From: Nitrospinota bacterium
GTDB taxonomy: Bacteria > Nitrospinota_A > UBA7883 > JACRGQ01
Assembly (NCBI GenBank): GCA_016217735.1
Contig: JACRGQ010000052.1
Coordinates: 1,838 to 65,837 of the forward strand
DNA length: 64,000 bases
Direction of reading: 5' to 3'
Below, piece after piece: positions 1 through 8,768 of the stretch; position 1 is the stretch's first letter; each line of letters starts with the position of its first letter. Under the pieces are notes generated by a model, which saw nothing but the letters and a program-made list of their open reading frames with translations, ran no database searches and was not told the origin of the DNA. The position numbers were made by a program, and so were the translations under genes.

Positions 1-1
1 A

Positions 2-172
2 CGGCGGCTGAGCGTTGTTTTCAGCGCGGCCCCCAAGGCGATGCTGAAGGAAACGCAGGTGAAAAAACCGGCGGTGGATAACGCCATGCGGCGGCAGATG
101 CTCAACGAGCCGATTATCCAAAAGGCGGTCGACCTGTTCGACGGCACCCCCGGCTTTGAGGACGAACGCTGA
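2..172 (+). CDS. dnaX: DNA polymerase III subunit tau/gamma, C-terminal end (5'-truncated by window edge)
   Basis: In-frame C-terminal 56 aa ending ...AVDLFDGTPGFEDER, TGA at 170-172 overlapping the ybaB ATG. The dnaX-ybaB-recR synteny is a conserved arrangement. Confidence 0.55.
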   Translation, partial: RRLSVVFSAAPKAMLKETQVKKPAVDNAMRRQMLNEPIIQKAVDLFDGTPGFEDER

Positions 173-486
173 TGCGGATGCTGGGGGATATGCTGCAAAA
201 AGCGCAAAAGATGAAAGCCGGGATGGATGAAGCCCGCGCAAAGATGAAAAACCAAACCGTAGAGGCAGAATCGGCCAACGGCGCGGTGCGCGTTGTCGCC
301 AGTTGCGATAAGCAGATAGTCTCCATCACCGTTAATCAAGAACGCGCCGCGGCATCCGGCCGCTCCGTCGAAGAGCTGATCACCGAAGCGGCCAACGCCG
401 CCCTGCAAAAAGCCGAAGCGGCGCTAAAAGAAGAACTCTCCAAAGCGATGGGGGCCGCCGGCCTCTCCCTCCCCGGTTTGTTTTAA
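172..486 (+). CDS. ybaB: Nucleoid-associated protein YbaB/EbfC
   Basis: 104-aa ORF. N-terminus MLGDMLQKAQKMKAGMDEARAKM and overall length match the YbaB family. Sits between dnaX and recR. Confidence 0.85.
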   Translation: MRMLGDMLQKAQKMKAGMDEARAKMKNQTVEAESANGAVRVVASCDKQIVSITVNQERAAASGRSVEELITEAANAALQKAEAALKEELSKAMGAAGLSLPGLF

Positions 487-491
487 AAAGC

Positions 492-1088
492 ATGGAATCG
501 TCCGCATCCGTTAAAAAGCTGATCGAGGAGTTTCAAAAACTTCCCGGCGTCGGCCGCAAGACCGCCGAGCGGCTGGTCTACGCACTCCTCAAAGACAAAG
601 ATCAGCGGGCGGCACAGCTTGCCCGAGCCCTGATGGAACTTGTTGAAAAGGTAAAGCTTTGCTCCTCCTGCGGGGGGATAACCGAGGCGGATCCGTGCGA
701 GATATGCACTTCCGACAAGCGGGACAAAACGGTTATCTGCGTGGTGGAGCAGCCGCTCGACATTGCGCTTTTGGAGCGCACCGGCGGCCACAACGGCCTC
801 TATCATGTGCTGGGAGGAACCCTCTCGCCACTGGATGGCATCGGCCCTGAAATCCTGCGTATTGAACAGTTGCTTAAACGGGTTAAAACAGATACGATCA
901 AAGAGGTTATTGTCGCCACCAATCCAACCGTGGACGGTGAGGCCACAGCCCTTTATCTTGCAAAGGTGTTGCGTCCTTTGGGGGTAAAAGCGACGCGGAT
1001 CGCCCGTGGTGTCCCCGTGGGGAGCGATCTTGAGTATGTGGATGAAATAACGTTGGTTAAGTCCATAGAGGGACGCAGGGAAATTTAA
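492..1088 (+). CDS. recR: Recombination protein RecR
   Basis: 198 aa with an HhH N-terminus, a C4 zinc finger (CSSCGG...CEIC) and a Toprim region (VICVVEQPLD). Classic RecR architecture. Confidence 0.9.
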   Translation: MESSASVKKLIEEFQKLPGVGRKTAERLVYALLKDKDQRAAQLARALMELVEKVKLCSSCGGITEADPCEICTSDKRDKTVICVVEQPLDIALLERTGGHNGLYHVLGGTLSPLDGIGPEILRIEQLLKRVKTDTIKEVIVATNPTVDGEATALYLAKVLRPLGVKATRIARGVPVGSDLEYVDEITLVKSIEGRREI

Positions 1089-1126
1089 AAACTACTGGTT
1101 TTTGATATACGCGTTGGGAGAGCGAA

Positions 1127-2134
1127 ATGCATAAGTTGCCTATCACAAACAAATTGGGGTTCTATGAAATCCGCATGGCGAGCATCGGCGGGTTCGGCGC
1201 GAACGTCGCCGGCAAAATGCTGGCCGAAGCGGGGGTATTAAAGCAGGGGTATAACGGCTCAAACTTCTCGAGCTACGGCTCGGAGAAAAAAGGCTCTCCC
1301 GTTTCCGCGTTCGTCCGCTTCTGCGCGCCGGATGTAAATGTCCGCGTGAACGCGCCGGTGACGGAACCGCACATGCTGGTGATTTTCCTCGAGGCGATTG
1401 CCAAAGCTCCCGGCATGCTTTCCGGCGTGACGGAAGAGACCACCGTGATTTTTAATACCCACAAGGATGTGGATACGGCGCGCGATTACCTGGGCCTTGC
1501 CGCCGGAACGCTTGTGGTGGTGGACGCCATGAAAATTGCGGTGGAGGAAAAAACCCGCGTCAACACGGCGCTGCTCGGCACCATGGCGGCGGTTTCCGGC
1601 TTTTTGAGCCAAGACGCGCTCAAGGAGATGATACGTGAAACCTTCGGCAAGAAATATCCCCAGACCGTTCCGTCCAACATCAAGACGTTCGAGCGCGGCG
1701 CCAGCGAATATGTTTCCAAAAAATTCGCCTACGACGGCAAGTATAGCGCGACGCCGTTTTCCCGCTCCGGCCAGAAATTGGGCTACCTGAACCAGCCAAT
1801 CGGCGGGGTTATTCCGGCGGCGGGCAATTCGATGTTCAAGGATCTTTCCGCCTCGCGTTCCGGTTATGTGCCGGTGCTCAACCGGGGCAAATGCACCAGC
1901 TGCGGCGAATGCGATATCACCTGCCCCGACTACTGCTTTGAGTGGAAAGAAGAGATAGGCAAAAAGGGGAAACCCGAAATGGTTCTCCAGAAGATCCACT
2001 ACCAGTATTGCAAGGGCTGCCTGCGCTGCGTCGAGATCTGCAAGTTCGAGGCGCTTACCACCCATGTGGAATACGAAGTCAACAAGTCCGTGATCGATAA
2101 CGGTTACGTCAATGACATAAAGGAGATCGCATGA
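1127..2134 (+). CDS. 2-oxoacid (pyruvate):ferredoxin oxidoreductase, fused gamma + delta subunits (delta = 2x[4Fe-4S] ferredoxin)
   Basis: 335 aa. N-terminal POR gamma domain and a C-terminal double CxxCxxCxxxCP ferredoxin module (CTSCGECDITCPDY...CKGCLRCVEICKF). Four-nucleotide overlap with the downstream alpha-beta gene. Confidence 0.8.
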   Translation: MHKLPITNKLGFYEIRMASIGGFGANVAGKMLAEAGVLKQGYNGSNFSSYGSEKKGSPVSAFVRFCAPDVNVRVNAPVTEPHMLVIFLEAIAKAPGMLSGVTEETTVIFNTHKDVDTARDYLGLAAGTLVVVDAMKIAVEEKTRVNTALLGTMAAVSGFLSQDALKEMIRETFGKKYPQTVPSNIKTFERGASEYVSKKFAYDGKYSATPFSRSGQKLGYLNQPIGGVIPAAGNSMFKDLSASRSGYVPVLNRGKCTSCGECDITCPDYCFEWKEEIGKKGKPEMVLQKIHYQYCKGCLRCVEICKFEALTTHVEYEVNKSVIDNGYVNDIKEIA

Positions 2135-4428
2135 GCCACGCAACGTCCGAAGCCAAGACGGTCAAGCCGGGTACGGTTGAACAGGCGGTCGACTTCCTTA
2201 GCGGCAACGAAATGGCCGCCACGGTGGTCGCCCAGATCAACTACCATCTGATGGGATACTACCCGATTACTCCGTCCACGGAAGTGGCGGAATATCTCGA
2301 TGAAATGTACGCCAATGGCGAACACGGCGTAAAAATGATTCCCGCCGACGGCGAGCACGGCGCGGCGGGCATTTGTTACGGCGCCTCCACCGCGGGGGGC
2401 CGCGTGTTCAACGCCACCTCCGCCAACGGCCTGCTCTATTCGATAGAGCAGCTGCCAGTGCAGTCCGGCACCCGCATGCCGATGGTGCTGAACCTCGTTT
2501 GCCGCTCGGTCTCCGGCCCGCTGGATATCCGCGGCGACCACAGCGACCTGTACAGCACGCTCAACCTCGGCTGGATCATCTTCTGCGCCAAGGATCCGCA
2601 GGCGACGTATGACCTGATCGCCGTCGCCACCAAGGTGGCGGAGCATATGGACATCCGCCTGCCGGCCATAGTTGCCAACGACGGCTTTTTCACCAGCCAC
2701 CAGAAGCGCCGTGTTTACCGCTTCGCCGCCGACAAGGATTTGCAGGATTTCGTGGGACCGTACAAGTACGTTCACAGCTCGGTCGATCCGAACAATCCGA
2801 CCACCTTCGGGCCGTATATGAACGATCCCGACCAGATCAACAACAAGAAGCAGCTTTCGCTGGCGATGGCCGCTTCCGTCAACGTCATTGATGCGGTGTA
2901 CGACGAATGGGCCAAGCTTTCGGGCCGCCGGTACAGCCGTCTCGAGACGTACAAGATGGAAGACGCCGAAGTGGCTATTCTCATTCTTAACTCCGCCGCC
3001 GACACCGCCATGGAAGCGGTCGACGCGATGCGCGCGCAGGGGAAAAAGGTGGGGGTTCTTTATCCCACCGTGCTGCGCCCGTTCCCGGCGGAAGAGTTGC
3101 GCAAGGCCTGCAAGAACGTGAAGGCCCTGCTGGTGGCCGACCGCGCCGACGTGTATGGCGCGCAGGGGGGCGCGATGACGCTCGACGCCAAGGCCGCGCT
3201 TAAGGACGATCTGGAAAACAAGACCCTCGTGATGAGCCGCATCTACGGCTTGGGGGGCAAGGACTTCTTAGACCTCGATGCCATAGAGATGTTTAACTTG
3301 GCGTTTGCCGCCGCCGCAAAAGGAAAAGTGGACGTGGCGTACGACTATATCGGCGCAGAACCGGGTGATCCGTCATACAGCATACCGGGAAAAAATCCGC
3401 CGATCAGCAAGCAGGCTTCCACCCCCGGCATCGTCAGCGTGACCAAAGACGCGGCGACCGGTCAACTGGTGGTGAAAGGGGTGAAGCAGCGCGAACTGAC
3501 CAAGCTGCCGACCCGCATCGCCCCCGGTCACGGCGCATGCCCCGGCTGCGGTATTTTCCCGAATATCAGCACATTCCTCAAGGGAATCGAAGGCCATGTG
3601 GTAATGCTCTGGCACACCGGCTGCGGCATGGTGGTCACCACCGGCTATCCCTCCACGGCATTCAATATCACCTACATCCACAACCTGTTCCAGAGCGGCG
3701 CGCCCACGCTTTCGGGCGCGCTTGAAATGTTCAAGGAGCGCCAGCGCCGCGGCGAGATACCCGCCGGCGAAGAGATCACCTTCATCATGGTGACCGGCGA
3801 CGGCGGCCTCGACATCGGTCTGGGACCAGCCCTCGGCACCGCCATCCGTAACCACAAGATGATCATTCTGGAATACGATAACCAGGGATATATGAACACC
3901 GGCCACCAGTTGTCGTTCGCCACTCCGCTGGGGCACAAGACTTCCACCTCGAACGTGGGACCGAAGGAGGAGGGGAAAACGTTCCACCACAAGGATAGCG
4001 CGCAGCTATTCGCCGCCACGCATATCCCGTATGTTTTTACCGCCACCGAGAGCAATTACAAGGATCTCATCCGCAAGGCGGCCAAGGCCCAGTGGTACGC
4101 CCGCAACGAGGGGCTGGTCTTCGGCAAGCTGTTCTCCGTCTGCCCGCTCAATTGGGGGCATCCGGACGATATCGGCAACGATCTGTCGCAGCTGGTGGTT
4201 GATACCAACTTCTTCCCGCTCTATGAAGTGGAGCACGGCATCACCACGCTTAACCACGACCCCGAGGAAAAAGGGGTTAAGAAGGATGTGACCGAATGGC
4301 TGGGGAAAATGGCCAAGACCAAGCATTTGCTGAAGCCGGACAACAAACCGCTGGTTGACCAGTTCCGCGCCGAGGTGGAGCGCAGGTTCCAGAGGATTAA
4401 GGCGATGTCGCAACATCCCTTGTTGTAA
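2131..4428 (+). CDS. 2-oxoacid (pyruvate):ferredoxin oxidoreductase, fused alpha + beta (TPP-binding) subunits
   Basis: 765 aa. The N-terminal approx 400 aa is the POR alpha domain. The C-terminal approx 300 aa carries the beta-subunit Cys motif GACPGCG and the TPP-binding GDGG...N motif (MVTGDGGLDIGLGPALGTAIRNHKMIILEYDNQGYMNTG). Confidence 0.85.
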   Translation: MSHATSEAKTVKPGTVEQAVDFLSGNEMAATVVAQINYHLMGYYPITPSTEVAEYLDEMYANGEHGVKMIPADGEHGAAGICYGASTAGGRVFNATSANGLLYSIEQLPVQSGTRMPMVLNLVCRSVSGPLDIRGDHSDLYSTLNLGWIIFCAKDPQATYDLIAVATKVAEHMDIRLPAIVANDGFFTSHQKRRVYRFAADKDLQDFVGPYKYVHSSVDPNNPTTFGPYMNDPDQINNKKQLSLAMAASVNVIDAVYDEWAKLSGRRYSRLETYKMEDAEVAILILNSAADTAMEAVDAMRAQGKKVGVLYPTVLRPFPAEELRKACKNVKALLVADRADVYGAQGGAMTLDAKAALKDDLENKTLVMSRIYGLGGKDFLDLDAIEMFNLAFAAAAKGKVDVAYDYIGAEPGDPSYSIPGKNPPISKQASTPGIVSVTKDAATGQLVVKGVKQRELTKLPTRIAPGHGACPGCGIFPNISTFLKGIEGHVVMLWHTGCGMVVTTGYPSTAFNITYIHNLFQSGAPTLSGALEMFKERQRRGEIPAGEEITFIMVTGDGGLDIGLGPALGTAIRNHKMIILEYDNQGYMNTGHQLSFATPLGHKTSTSNVGPKEEGKTFHHKDSAQLFAATHIPYVFTATESNYKDLIRKAAKAQWYARNEGLVFGKLFSVCPLNWGHPDDIGNDLSQLVVDTNFFPLYEVEHGITTLNHDPEEKGVKKDVTEWLGKMAKTKHLLKPDNKPLVDQFRAEVERRFQRIKAMSQHPLL

Positions 4429-4448
4429 AGCCTTTATCATTAGGGCAT

Positions 4449-5732
4449 ATGCAAGGGTGGTTGGGGGGTTTTAAACGGTTCGAGAAACGCGGGGGGAGGC
4501 TTGCCCTTTTGACGGCGGTGTTTGCCGCCGTTTCCATTCTTCCGGCGTATGCCACCGAGACCGAAACCGAAAGCGTCTGCATCACCTGTCACACGGAACT
4601 CGAGGGGGAATTGCAGGCCCCCGCCGTCGAATGGCCGAATAGCGCCCACGCCAAAGCGGGGGTGATGTGCCAGGACTGCCACGGCGGCGATCCGGGCGAC
4701 ATGGAATTGGCGATGAAGACCAAGGGGTATCAGCCGCGCCCCAAGCGGGACGAGATCGCCAAAATGTGCGCGAAATGCCACGCCGATCCGCTCAGGATGC
4801 GGCAGCACAACCTCCGCACCGACCAGTTCGATCTTTACTCCGGCTCGGTGCATGGCAAAAAAATGGCCGAGCACGATATTGAATCGGCCACCTGCGTCGA
4901 CTGTCACGGCAAACATGAAATACGCAAAATTGACGATCCCCTCGCCTCGGTTAACCGCGCCAACGTGGTGCAGACGTGCGGCAAGTGCCACAGCGACCGG
5001 AAGATCATGGAAAAGCGTAAAATCCCCCTTAATCAGTACGAGCTTTATAAAGGGAGCGTTCACGGCCAGGCGTATTTTGAGCGGCACGATTTGGGGGTGC
5101 CCACCTGCGTGAATTGCCATGGCAACCACGGCATCCAAAAGCCTCAGCAAATGACCACCCGTTTTGTTTGCGCCGAATGCCATGTCGAGCAGGCCGACGC
5201 CTACAAAAAGAGCCGCCACTGGGCGGCCGCGCAGGAAACCGGCAAGCCGCTTTGCATTCACTGCCATGGCAACCACGGCATTGCCCGCCCCTCCAGCGAA
5301 AAATTCAACACTCCCGGGGATACCAACTGCCTTTCCTGCCACGCAAAAAATTCGATCCAGATGGAGGGAGCGGCGGCGCTGTTCACCGCGACAACAACCG
5401 CCAAGGAGGCGCTGAGCCGGGCGCAGGCATCCTTCAAAAGCATGCGGGAGTGGAGCGGCTCCGGATTCGAGACCAGCCAGCTAAAAGCGAATCTCGCCAA
5501 GGCTGAAAAAACGTATGCCGGGATGCGGACCGCCGCCCACTCGCTCAATGTGGCGGCGGTGAAGGCCGATGGCGACGCCGTGAAACAGATCAGCGCATCC
5601 ATTACCACCGAGGTGGACCGGATGATGAGGGAATTGCGGATTCGCAAGATCGGCCTTGCCGTCACATGGCTTGTCGCCATCCTCTTTTCCGCGGCGATCT
5701 GGCAACGCGCGCGCTACTGCAAGAGGGATTAA
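4449..5732 (+). CDS. Multihaem c-type cytochrome (9 CxxCH), secreted with a C-terminal transmembrane anchor
   Basis: 427 aa with a signal peptide (cleavage near AYA-TE). Nine CxxCH motifs: CITCH, CQDCH, CAKCH, CVDCH, CGKCH, CVNCH, CAECH, CIHCH, CLSCH. Internal repeat units of the form xYxGSVHG...CxxCHGxHxI. A C-terminal hydrophobic helix (GLAVTWLVAILFSAAIW) follows. Confidence 0.85.
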   Translation: MQGWLGGFKRFEKRGGRLALLTAVFAAVSILPAYATETETESVCITCHTELEGELQAPAVEWPNSAHAKAGVMCQDCHGGDPGDMELAMKTKGYQPRPKRDEIAKMCAKCHADPLRMRQHNLRTDQFDLYSGSVHGKKMAEHDIESATCVDCHGKHEIRKIDDPLASVNRANVVQTCGKCHSDRKIMEKRKIPLNQYELYKGSVHGQAYFERHDLGVPTCVNCHGNHGIQKPQQMTTRFVCAECHVEQADAYKKSRHWAAAQETGKPLCIHCHGNHGIARPSSEKFNTPGDTNCLSCHAKNSIQMEGAAALFTATTTAKEALSRAQASFKSMREWSGSGFETSQLKANLAKAEKTYAGMRTAAHSLNVAAVKADGDAVKQISASITTEVDRMMRELRIRKIGLAVTWLVAILFSAAIWQRARYCKRD

Positions 5733-5847
5733 CCGCTTCGTGCCGGCCGCGGACGCCCCCCCGTTTTTCACTCCCGGCCTGGAAGACCGGATTGAGTCCC
5801 ATGCCGTTGCCGCGCGCGGCAACGGCCGCCGGGTGAACGCGTTTACG

Positions 5848-5882
5848 GCGGCGTGGCACCTGTTCCTCGCGCCGCTTTTTTT
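5848..5882 (+). terminator. Rho-independent terminator-like hairpin + T-run downstream of the cytochrome gene
   Basis: GCGGCG...CGCCGC stem (extendable with wobble pairs) followed by TTTTTTT at 5876-5882. Confidence 0.45.
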
Positions 5883-6092
5883 GTTCGTTTTTCACCTGTT
5901 GCTGCGCGGCCGGTTTTTTTCCGGCTACGCGGGGTTCCGCGAAAGCGTGCATACGGCGGCGTTTCTCTTCGCGGTGAACGCGCGGGTGTACGAGCTTACC
6001 CATGCCGATCCCGCCGAACTCGGCCGGATCCGGAAGGAATTCGATTAATTTCTTTTAGCCTGCCGGTGTTGCCATATAATGAATGGAAAGCG

Positions 6093-6716
6093 ATGATGGA
6101 TATTCTAACGTTTTTTTATCTTCGCGCCGCACGGCCGGCGATTTGCGCATTTTTCGCCCTTCTGTTGACCGTTGCGGGGGTGTTTCACATACTGAAGTTG
6201 CACTTCACCGTGGCATTGCTGGCCGATAACTGGCGTGAATACCTGCTGCACTGCGCGGCGGGATTGCTTTTCGGCTGGGTGTTCGCGGAAGCGATGTTCG
6301 CCTATGCGCGCGCTTGGCTGGCCGATCTGCGGAGCAATTTTCCCATTGGCCCGTCGCTGGCGCTTATCGCGCCGGTTGTCTTTTTGGTGACGCTTCACCA
6401 GACGCGCTATTTCCTCAATGATGGCCCCGCCACGCTGGCGATGGCGGCGGGTGTGCTGGCGGCGGGATTATTTGGGGGGCGGAGCGCCGTGGCGGGCATC
6501 GACATTCCGGAATCGTTCCTCACCCTTATTGAAGCGGGGAAGATGGACGGCGATTTTTCGGTCGGCATAGTGAATTCGCTCCATGCCATGGATCAATATA
6601 ACCCGCGGCTGTTCAGCGTTCTCGCGGCCATCCACCGGCAGCGGGGAAACGTCCGCAAGGCCGGTTTTGCCGCCCGCGTCGCGGCGCTATTGCACGATGA
6701 GCGCCGGGAAAAATGA
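6093..6716 (+). CDS. Hypothetical integral membrane protein
   Basis: Start chosen at ATGATG 6093 after the terminator and a noncoding gap. The upstream part of the 5853 ORF is Arg-rich GC artefact. Several hydrophobic helices. No family recognised. Confidence 0.45.
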   Translation: MMDILTFFYLRAARPAICAFFALLLTVAGVFHILKLHFTVALLADNWREYLLHCAAGLLFGWVFAEAMFAYARAWLADLRSNFPIGPSLALIAPVVFLVTLHQTRYFLNDGPATLAMAAGVLAAGLFGGRSAVAGIDIPESFLTLIEAGKMDGDFSVGIVNSLHAMDQYNPRLFSVLAAIHRQRGNVRKAGFAARVAALLHDERREK

Positions 6717-6728
6717 TATAATTCCGGC

Positions 6729-7397
6729 ATGCTGAAGAGGGTTGTTCCGGTTATTGCCGCCGTGGCCGTTTTTTCATGCGGCGCGGCCTTTGCCTTTACA
6801 TCCGGCCCCGTGGCGGCCATGCAAACGCTGGTTGTCCACGCTTCCGGCGCGGCGACCAGCGGCGTACATGCCAGTGGAGCGGTAACGCCTACACCCACGC
6901 CCACCCGTCCCCCCACAACGTCCGCTCCGGTAATTTCTCCGCCCACGCTTCCGGCGGCGCCGTTCCCCTCCGTGACGGCCGCGCCGTCCGCTCCTTCCGA
7001 GGGAACCGTCAGTCCAGCCCGCGGCGGCTTTGGGTTGGCACGCGGCCGTGGCGGCTCCGGTGAAACAATGGCCACCGGCGAACTTCCCGCGCGTAACGTG
7101 GCGGTGGCGCTGCTGAACGGCGGCCAAATTTCCGCCACGCGGATGCGGATGGGGTTGCACAATACCCTAACCGTTAAAAGCGGCAAAACAGTGGTTGCCG
7201 TTGCCCTTGCACAGGTCTCCGGCATTGAATTTGGCGAAAAAGATTTGGGGCGTTTGGCGGTTACGGTAAATATGCTCGACGGCTCGGTGCTGGAAGGGAA
7301 TGTGTATCCCGGCGCCGTATTCGAGTTTGATGGAAAAGGGCGCGTCATTACGACGCGCGCCGAAGAGATCGCCACCATTATTTTCCCGGCGGAGTAG
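6729..7397 (+). CDS. Hypothetical secreted protein with Pro/Thr/Ala-rich linker
   Basis: Signal peptide (VIAAVAVFSCGAAFA), low-complexity TPTPTPTRPPTTSAPVISPP linker and a C-terminal globular domain. No recognised family. Confidence 0.5.
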   Translation: MLKRVVPVIAAVAVFSCGAAFAFTSGPVAAMQTLVVHASGAATSGVHASGAVTPTPTPTRPPTTSAPVISPPTLPAAPFPSVTAAPSAPSEGTVSPARGGFGLARGRGGSGETMATGELPARNVAVALLNGGQISATRMRMGLHNTLTVKSGKTVVAVALAQVSGIEFGEKDLGRLAVTVNMLDGSVLEGNVYPGAVFEFDGKGRVITTRAEEIATIIFPAE

Positions 7398-7404
7398 CGC
7401 GGCT

Positions 7405-7965
7405 TTGGGTCCCGTGGTGCTGGCGATTTCCGGGGCTTCCGGCGCCATTTATGGCAGGGAGATATTCGACCGTCTGCTCGCCGCCGGCGTGGAAATTCAG
7501 GTGATCGTCACTTCCACCGCGGAGCATATCCTGCGCGAAGAACTGGGGTTGTCGAAAGAGTATTTCCTGAACAAACCGGGCGCGGCGCTGCTGGACAACG
7601 GACGTTTCAACGTGCCGGCGGCCAGCGGGTCGTTCCTCACCCGCGGAATGGTGATTGTTCCATGCAGCATGGGTTGTCTGGGGCGTATCGCCGGCGGCAT
7701 TTCCAGCGATTTGGTGGAGCGGGTTGCCGATGTGCATCTGAAGGAGCGGCGGAAACTTATCATCGTCCCGCGCGAAACGCCGCTTTCCGACATCCATCTG
7801 GAGAATATGCTGCGCGCAAGCCGCGCGGGAGCAACCATCATGCCGGCCATGCCCGCCTTCACCCACCGCCCGCGGGGAGTGGATGATCTCGCCGCGTTTA
7901 TCGCCGGGAGGGTGTTTGACCATTTGGGGATACCCCAAAATTTCACGCCGCGGTATTCGGGCTGA
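7405..7965 (+). CDS. ubiX: Flavin prenyltransferase UbiX (prenylated-FMN synthase)
   Basis: Flavoprotein family motifs VLAISGASGAIYG...VIVTSTAEHIL...MVIVPCSMGCLGRIAGGIS. Start taken as TTG 7405 immediately after the upstream stop (GTG 7414 is an alternative). Confidence 0.8.
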   Translation: MGPVVLAISGASGAIYGREIFDRLLAAGVEIQVIVTSTAEHILREELGLSKEYFLNKPGAALLDNGRFNVPAASGSFLTRGMVIVPCSMGCLGRIAGGISSDLVERVADVHLKERRKLIIVPRETPLSDIHLENMLRASRAGATIMPAMPAFTHRPRGVDDLAAFIAGRVFDHLGIPQNFTPRYSG

Positions 7966-8759
7966 TGGCGGTCCGTTCGCTGCAACTTCTTTTCCTGGGA
8001 TCCGGCACTTCGACTGGCGTTCCGATGATCGGCTGCGGGTGCGCCACCTGCCGCTCCTCCGACCCGCGCGACAGCCGCACCCGCTCATCGGTGCTTTTCC
8101 GGTGGCATGATGGCGCGGCGGTGCGGCAAGTGCTTATCGACACGTCCACCGACCTCCGGTTCCAGGCGTTACGAGAAAAACTTAACCGCATCGACGCGGT
8201 GCTCTTCACCCACGCGCACGCCGACCATGTTCACGGGCTGGACGAGCTGCGCAGTTTCAACTTTATCCAGAAATCCAACATCCCCTGTTATGGCAGCGCG
8301 GAAACGCTGGGGAAAATAAAGACCCGCTTCGATTACATTTTCGATCCGCATGGCTACGAGGGGGGCGGCCTGCCGAAGCTGAGCCTCCATCCCGTTGATG
8401 GCGATTTCGAGCTGTTCGGGATGAAGATAACGGTGTTGCCGGTGCGGCACGGCCCCGCGCGCGTTTTCGGGTACCGTATCGGTTCCATCGCCTATATTAC
8501 CGATTGCAACGAAATACCGGAAGAAACGATGCGCAAGGTGCGCGGCGCGCGCCTTTTTGTGGTGGGGGCGACGCAGCGCAAGGCGCATCCGACGCATTTC
8601 AGTCTCGGCCAGGCAATTGAAGCCGTCCGGGCATCCGGCGCGCAAAAGGGATTCATCACGCATATGAATCACGATCTCAAACACAGCGAGATAACCGCCA
8701 AACTTCCGCCGGGCGTTGCGTTGGCCCACGACGGGTTGCTGCTGGAAGAGGAATTGTAG
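7965..8759 (+). CDS. MBL-fold metallo-hydrolase (PhnP/YhfI-like)
   Basis: 264 aa with the HxHxDH motif (THAHADHVHG) and a CGCATC zinc-ribbon-like N-terminus. Confidence 0.75.
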   Translation: MAVRSLQLLFLGSGTSTGVPMIGCGCATCRSSDPRDSRTRSSVLFRWHDGAAVRQVLIDTSTDLRFQALREKLNRIDAVLFTHAHADHVHGLDELRSFNFIQKSNIPCYGSAETLGKIKTRFDYIFDPHGYEGGGLPKLSLHPVDGDFELFGMKITVLPVRHGPARVFGYRIGSIAYITDCNEIPEETMRKVRGARLFVVGATQRKAHPTHFSLGQAIEAVRASGAQKGFITHMNHDLKHSEITAKLPPGVALAHDGLLLEEEL

Positions 8760-8768
8760 GCGCGCGCC

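Noticed and set aside
1259-2143. 294-aa minus-strand ORF antisense to the POR gamma-delta gene
   Set aside because: Arg/Gly/Ala/His-rich low-complexity translation typical of antisense frames in GC-rich DNA. The sense strand has a clearly recognisable POR.
4440-5342. 300-aa minus-strand ORF antisense to the multihaem cytochrome gene
   Set aside because: The sense frame has nine CxxCH motifs. The antisense product is Gly/Ala/Arg-rich junk.
5853-6092. Upstream extension of the 287-aa ORF (MAPVPRAAFFVRFS...)
   Set aside because: Arg-rich, contains a terminator hairpin and T-run, and lacks an RBS. The real gene more likely starts at 6093.
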